This document shows positions 62,513 through 64,000 of a stretch of 64,000 nt of DNA, piece by piece (position 1 is the first letter of the stretch; each line of letters opens with the position of its first letter). The DNA is from Desulfomicrobium sp. (lineage in GTDB: Bacteria > Desulfobacterota > Desulfovibrionia > Desulfovibrionales > Desulfomicrobiaceae). Where the stretch lies: the NCBI GenBank assembly GCA_040768745.1, contig JAXGMI010000001.1, positions 480,001 to 544,000 of the forward strand, written 5' to 3'. The position numbers and the translations under genes were made by a program. The notes beneath the pieces are model-generated. The model saw nothing but the letters and a program-made list of their open reading frames with translations, had not been told where the DNA came from and made no database searches.

Positions 62513-63646
62513 ATGAAAGCAATTCTGGCCCTCGAGGACGGCACCTGGTTCACGGGGCAGTCCTTCACCGGCCATGGCGAGGCAGGCGGAGAAGTCATTT
62601 TCAACACCGGCATGTCCGGCTACCAGGAGATTCTGACCGACCCTTCCTATTATGGCCAGATGGTCTGCATGACGTACCCCCTCATCGGCAACTACGGCGT
62701 CAATCTGGAGGATGTTGAATCGTCGCGCATCCATTGTCCGGCCCTCATCGTCAAGGAGTGCTGCAAGAAGCCCTCGAACTGGCGGGCCAAGGAAAGCCTG
62801 CCTGACTATCTGACCAGACATGGCGTCATGGGACTGGAAGGGATCGACACCCGCGCCCTGACCCGGCACCTGCGCATCCATGGGGCCATGCGCGGGATCA
62901 TTTCGACAACCGCGGTGCCTCCTGGGGACCTGGTGGCCAAGGCCAGGGCCCTGCCCTCCATGGAAGGGGCCAATCTGATCGACTTCGTGGCCCCCACGGA
63001 GCCGTACTATTGGACCGCAGCAGGCCCGGCCCCGGCGCACATGGACGGCGACATGCCGCTCTGGCCCGCGGGTGGCGGAGATTTCAGGGTCATTGTCTAT
63101 GACTATGGCATCAAGTGGAACATCCTGCGCTTGCTGAAAGCCCAGAATCTGGCCATCCTGGTCGTCCCCCCGAACTTTGCGGTGGAGGCTGTCAAAAAGC
63201 TGTCGCCGCACGGTATTTTCCTGTCCAACGGGCCCGGCGACCCGGCCACACTGACCGAGGCCGTCGCCATCATCAAGGAAATCTGCGAACTCTATCCCGT
63301 GGCTGGGATCTGCCTCGGTCATCAACTCCTGGGCATTGCCCTGGGCGGATCAAGCTTCAAACTCAAGTTCGGGCACCATGGCATCAACCATCCCGTCCGC
63401 GACGACATAACCGGAAAAATAGAGATTTCTTCACAAAACCATGGGTTCTGCGTCGACATTTCCCGCCTCGCCTTCCTGGAGCAAACCCACCTCAACCTGA
63501 ACGACCAGACCCTGGAAGGTTTCCGGCACCGGACAAAGCCCATTTTCAGTGTCCAGCACCATCCCGAGGCCGGGCCAGGCCCCCATGACAGCCAGTATTT
63601 CTTCGGCAGATTCCGACGCATGCTGGAGACGGGCCAGGTCCAGTAA
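62513..63646 (+). CDS. carA: Carbamoyl-phosphate synthase small subunit
   Basis: [44 protein letters not shown]. Confidence 0.97.
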   Translation: MKAILALEDGTWFTGQSFTGHGEAGGEVIFNTGMSGYQEILTDPSYYGQMVCMTYPLIGNYGVNLEDVESSRIHCPALIVKECCKKPSNWRAKESLPDYLTRHGVMGLEGIDTRALTRHLRIHGAMRGIISTTAVPPGDLVAKARALPSMEGANLIDFVAPTEPYYWTAAGPAPAHMDGDMPLWPAGGGDFRVIVYDYGIKWNILRLLKAQNLAILVVPPNFAVEAVKKLSPHGIFLSNGPGDPATLTEAVAIIKEICELYPVAGICLGHQLLGIALGGSSFKLKFGHHGINHPVRDDITGKIEISSQNHGFCVDISRLAFLEQTHLNLNDQTLEGFRHRTKPIFSVQHHPEAGPGPHDSQYFFGRFRRMLETGQVQ

Positions 63647-63673
63647 CAACCGCGATCCAGGCAGGGAGCGTCC

Positions 63674-64000
63674 ATGTCCGCAGATATTCTCAAGGCCAAA
63701 AAGCAGCTTGGGGAAATCAGCATGCTGCTCAAACAGGGGAAGCTCCTTGCCGCCGTGGCCACGCTGCACGAGGCCGTGAACTTCATCCTGACCGCGGCCC
63801 TCATGAAACATGAACTGCAGTCCTTCACCGAAGCCTTGGACAAGGCCGCGTATCTGCTGGTCAACGATCGCGGACTCAAGAAGATCTATCCCCTGCAGCT
63901 CCTCTACAAGCCCGGCCAGGAGAGGGAATTCTTCACCGCTCTGACCGACCTCTATGCCTTCCTGCAGGAAAATCTTGCCGACGAGGCCAATGCCCACCTG
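63674..64000 (+). CDS. Hypothetical helical protein (runs off window)
   Basis: GGGAG RBS; open frame MSADILKAKKQLGEISMLLKQGK... to the window end. Confidence 0.7.
   Translation, partial: MSADILKAKKQLGEISMLLKQGKLLAAVATLHEAVNFILTAALMKHELQSFTEALDKAAYLLVNDRGLKKIYPLQLLYKPGQEREFFTALTDLYAFLQENLADEANAHL

Overview
GC-rich bacterial chromosome segment. Gene content and order (hypCDE, the pyrG-kdsA-kdsC-lptCAB-rpoN-hpf-ptsN-rapZ-PTS cluster, carA plus a downstream hypothetical) suggest a Desulfovibrionales/Desulfomicrobium-like sulfate reducer; this taxonomy is inference only. Two housekeeping blocks flank a ~30 kb accessory region (~12.2-41.9 kb) that ends at tRNA-Ser(CGA). The left block (1-12.2 kb) holds thyX, ruvBAC, yebC, rlmE, uvrA, hldD, hisHF and a degenerate GGDEF-EAL gene; the right block (41.9-64 kb) is core metabolism and envelope genes. 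The accessory region contains: (i) a type I R-M operon (hsdM, small Cys-rich ORF, hsdS, rhuM, hsdR) carrying at least four unrelated palindromic-repeat families, including a 1.7 kb array of nested fold-back units whose last unit holds an HUH/Y1 transposase in place of the spacer, and an inverted-repeat-flanked DUF559-like nuclease cassette inserted in-frame in hsdR with solo repeat copies in-frame in hsdM and hsdR; (ii) a T1SS operon with an N-terminal-lipase RTX protein whose translationally coupled upstream gene (candidate immunity/accessory gene) is split by a complete IS66 with an 8-bp TSD; (iii) assorted regulators and transporters. Smaller oddities are a T9 frameshift site in a PTS IIC-like gene and a tadA stop codon lying inside tRNA-Ser. 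All calls come from reading motifs by eye; no database searches were run.
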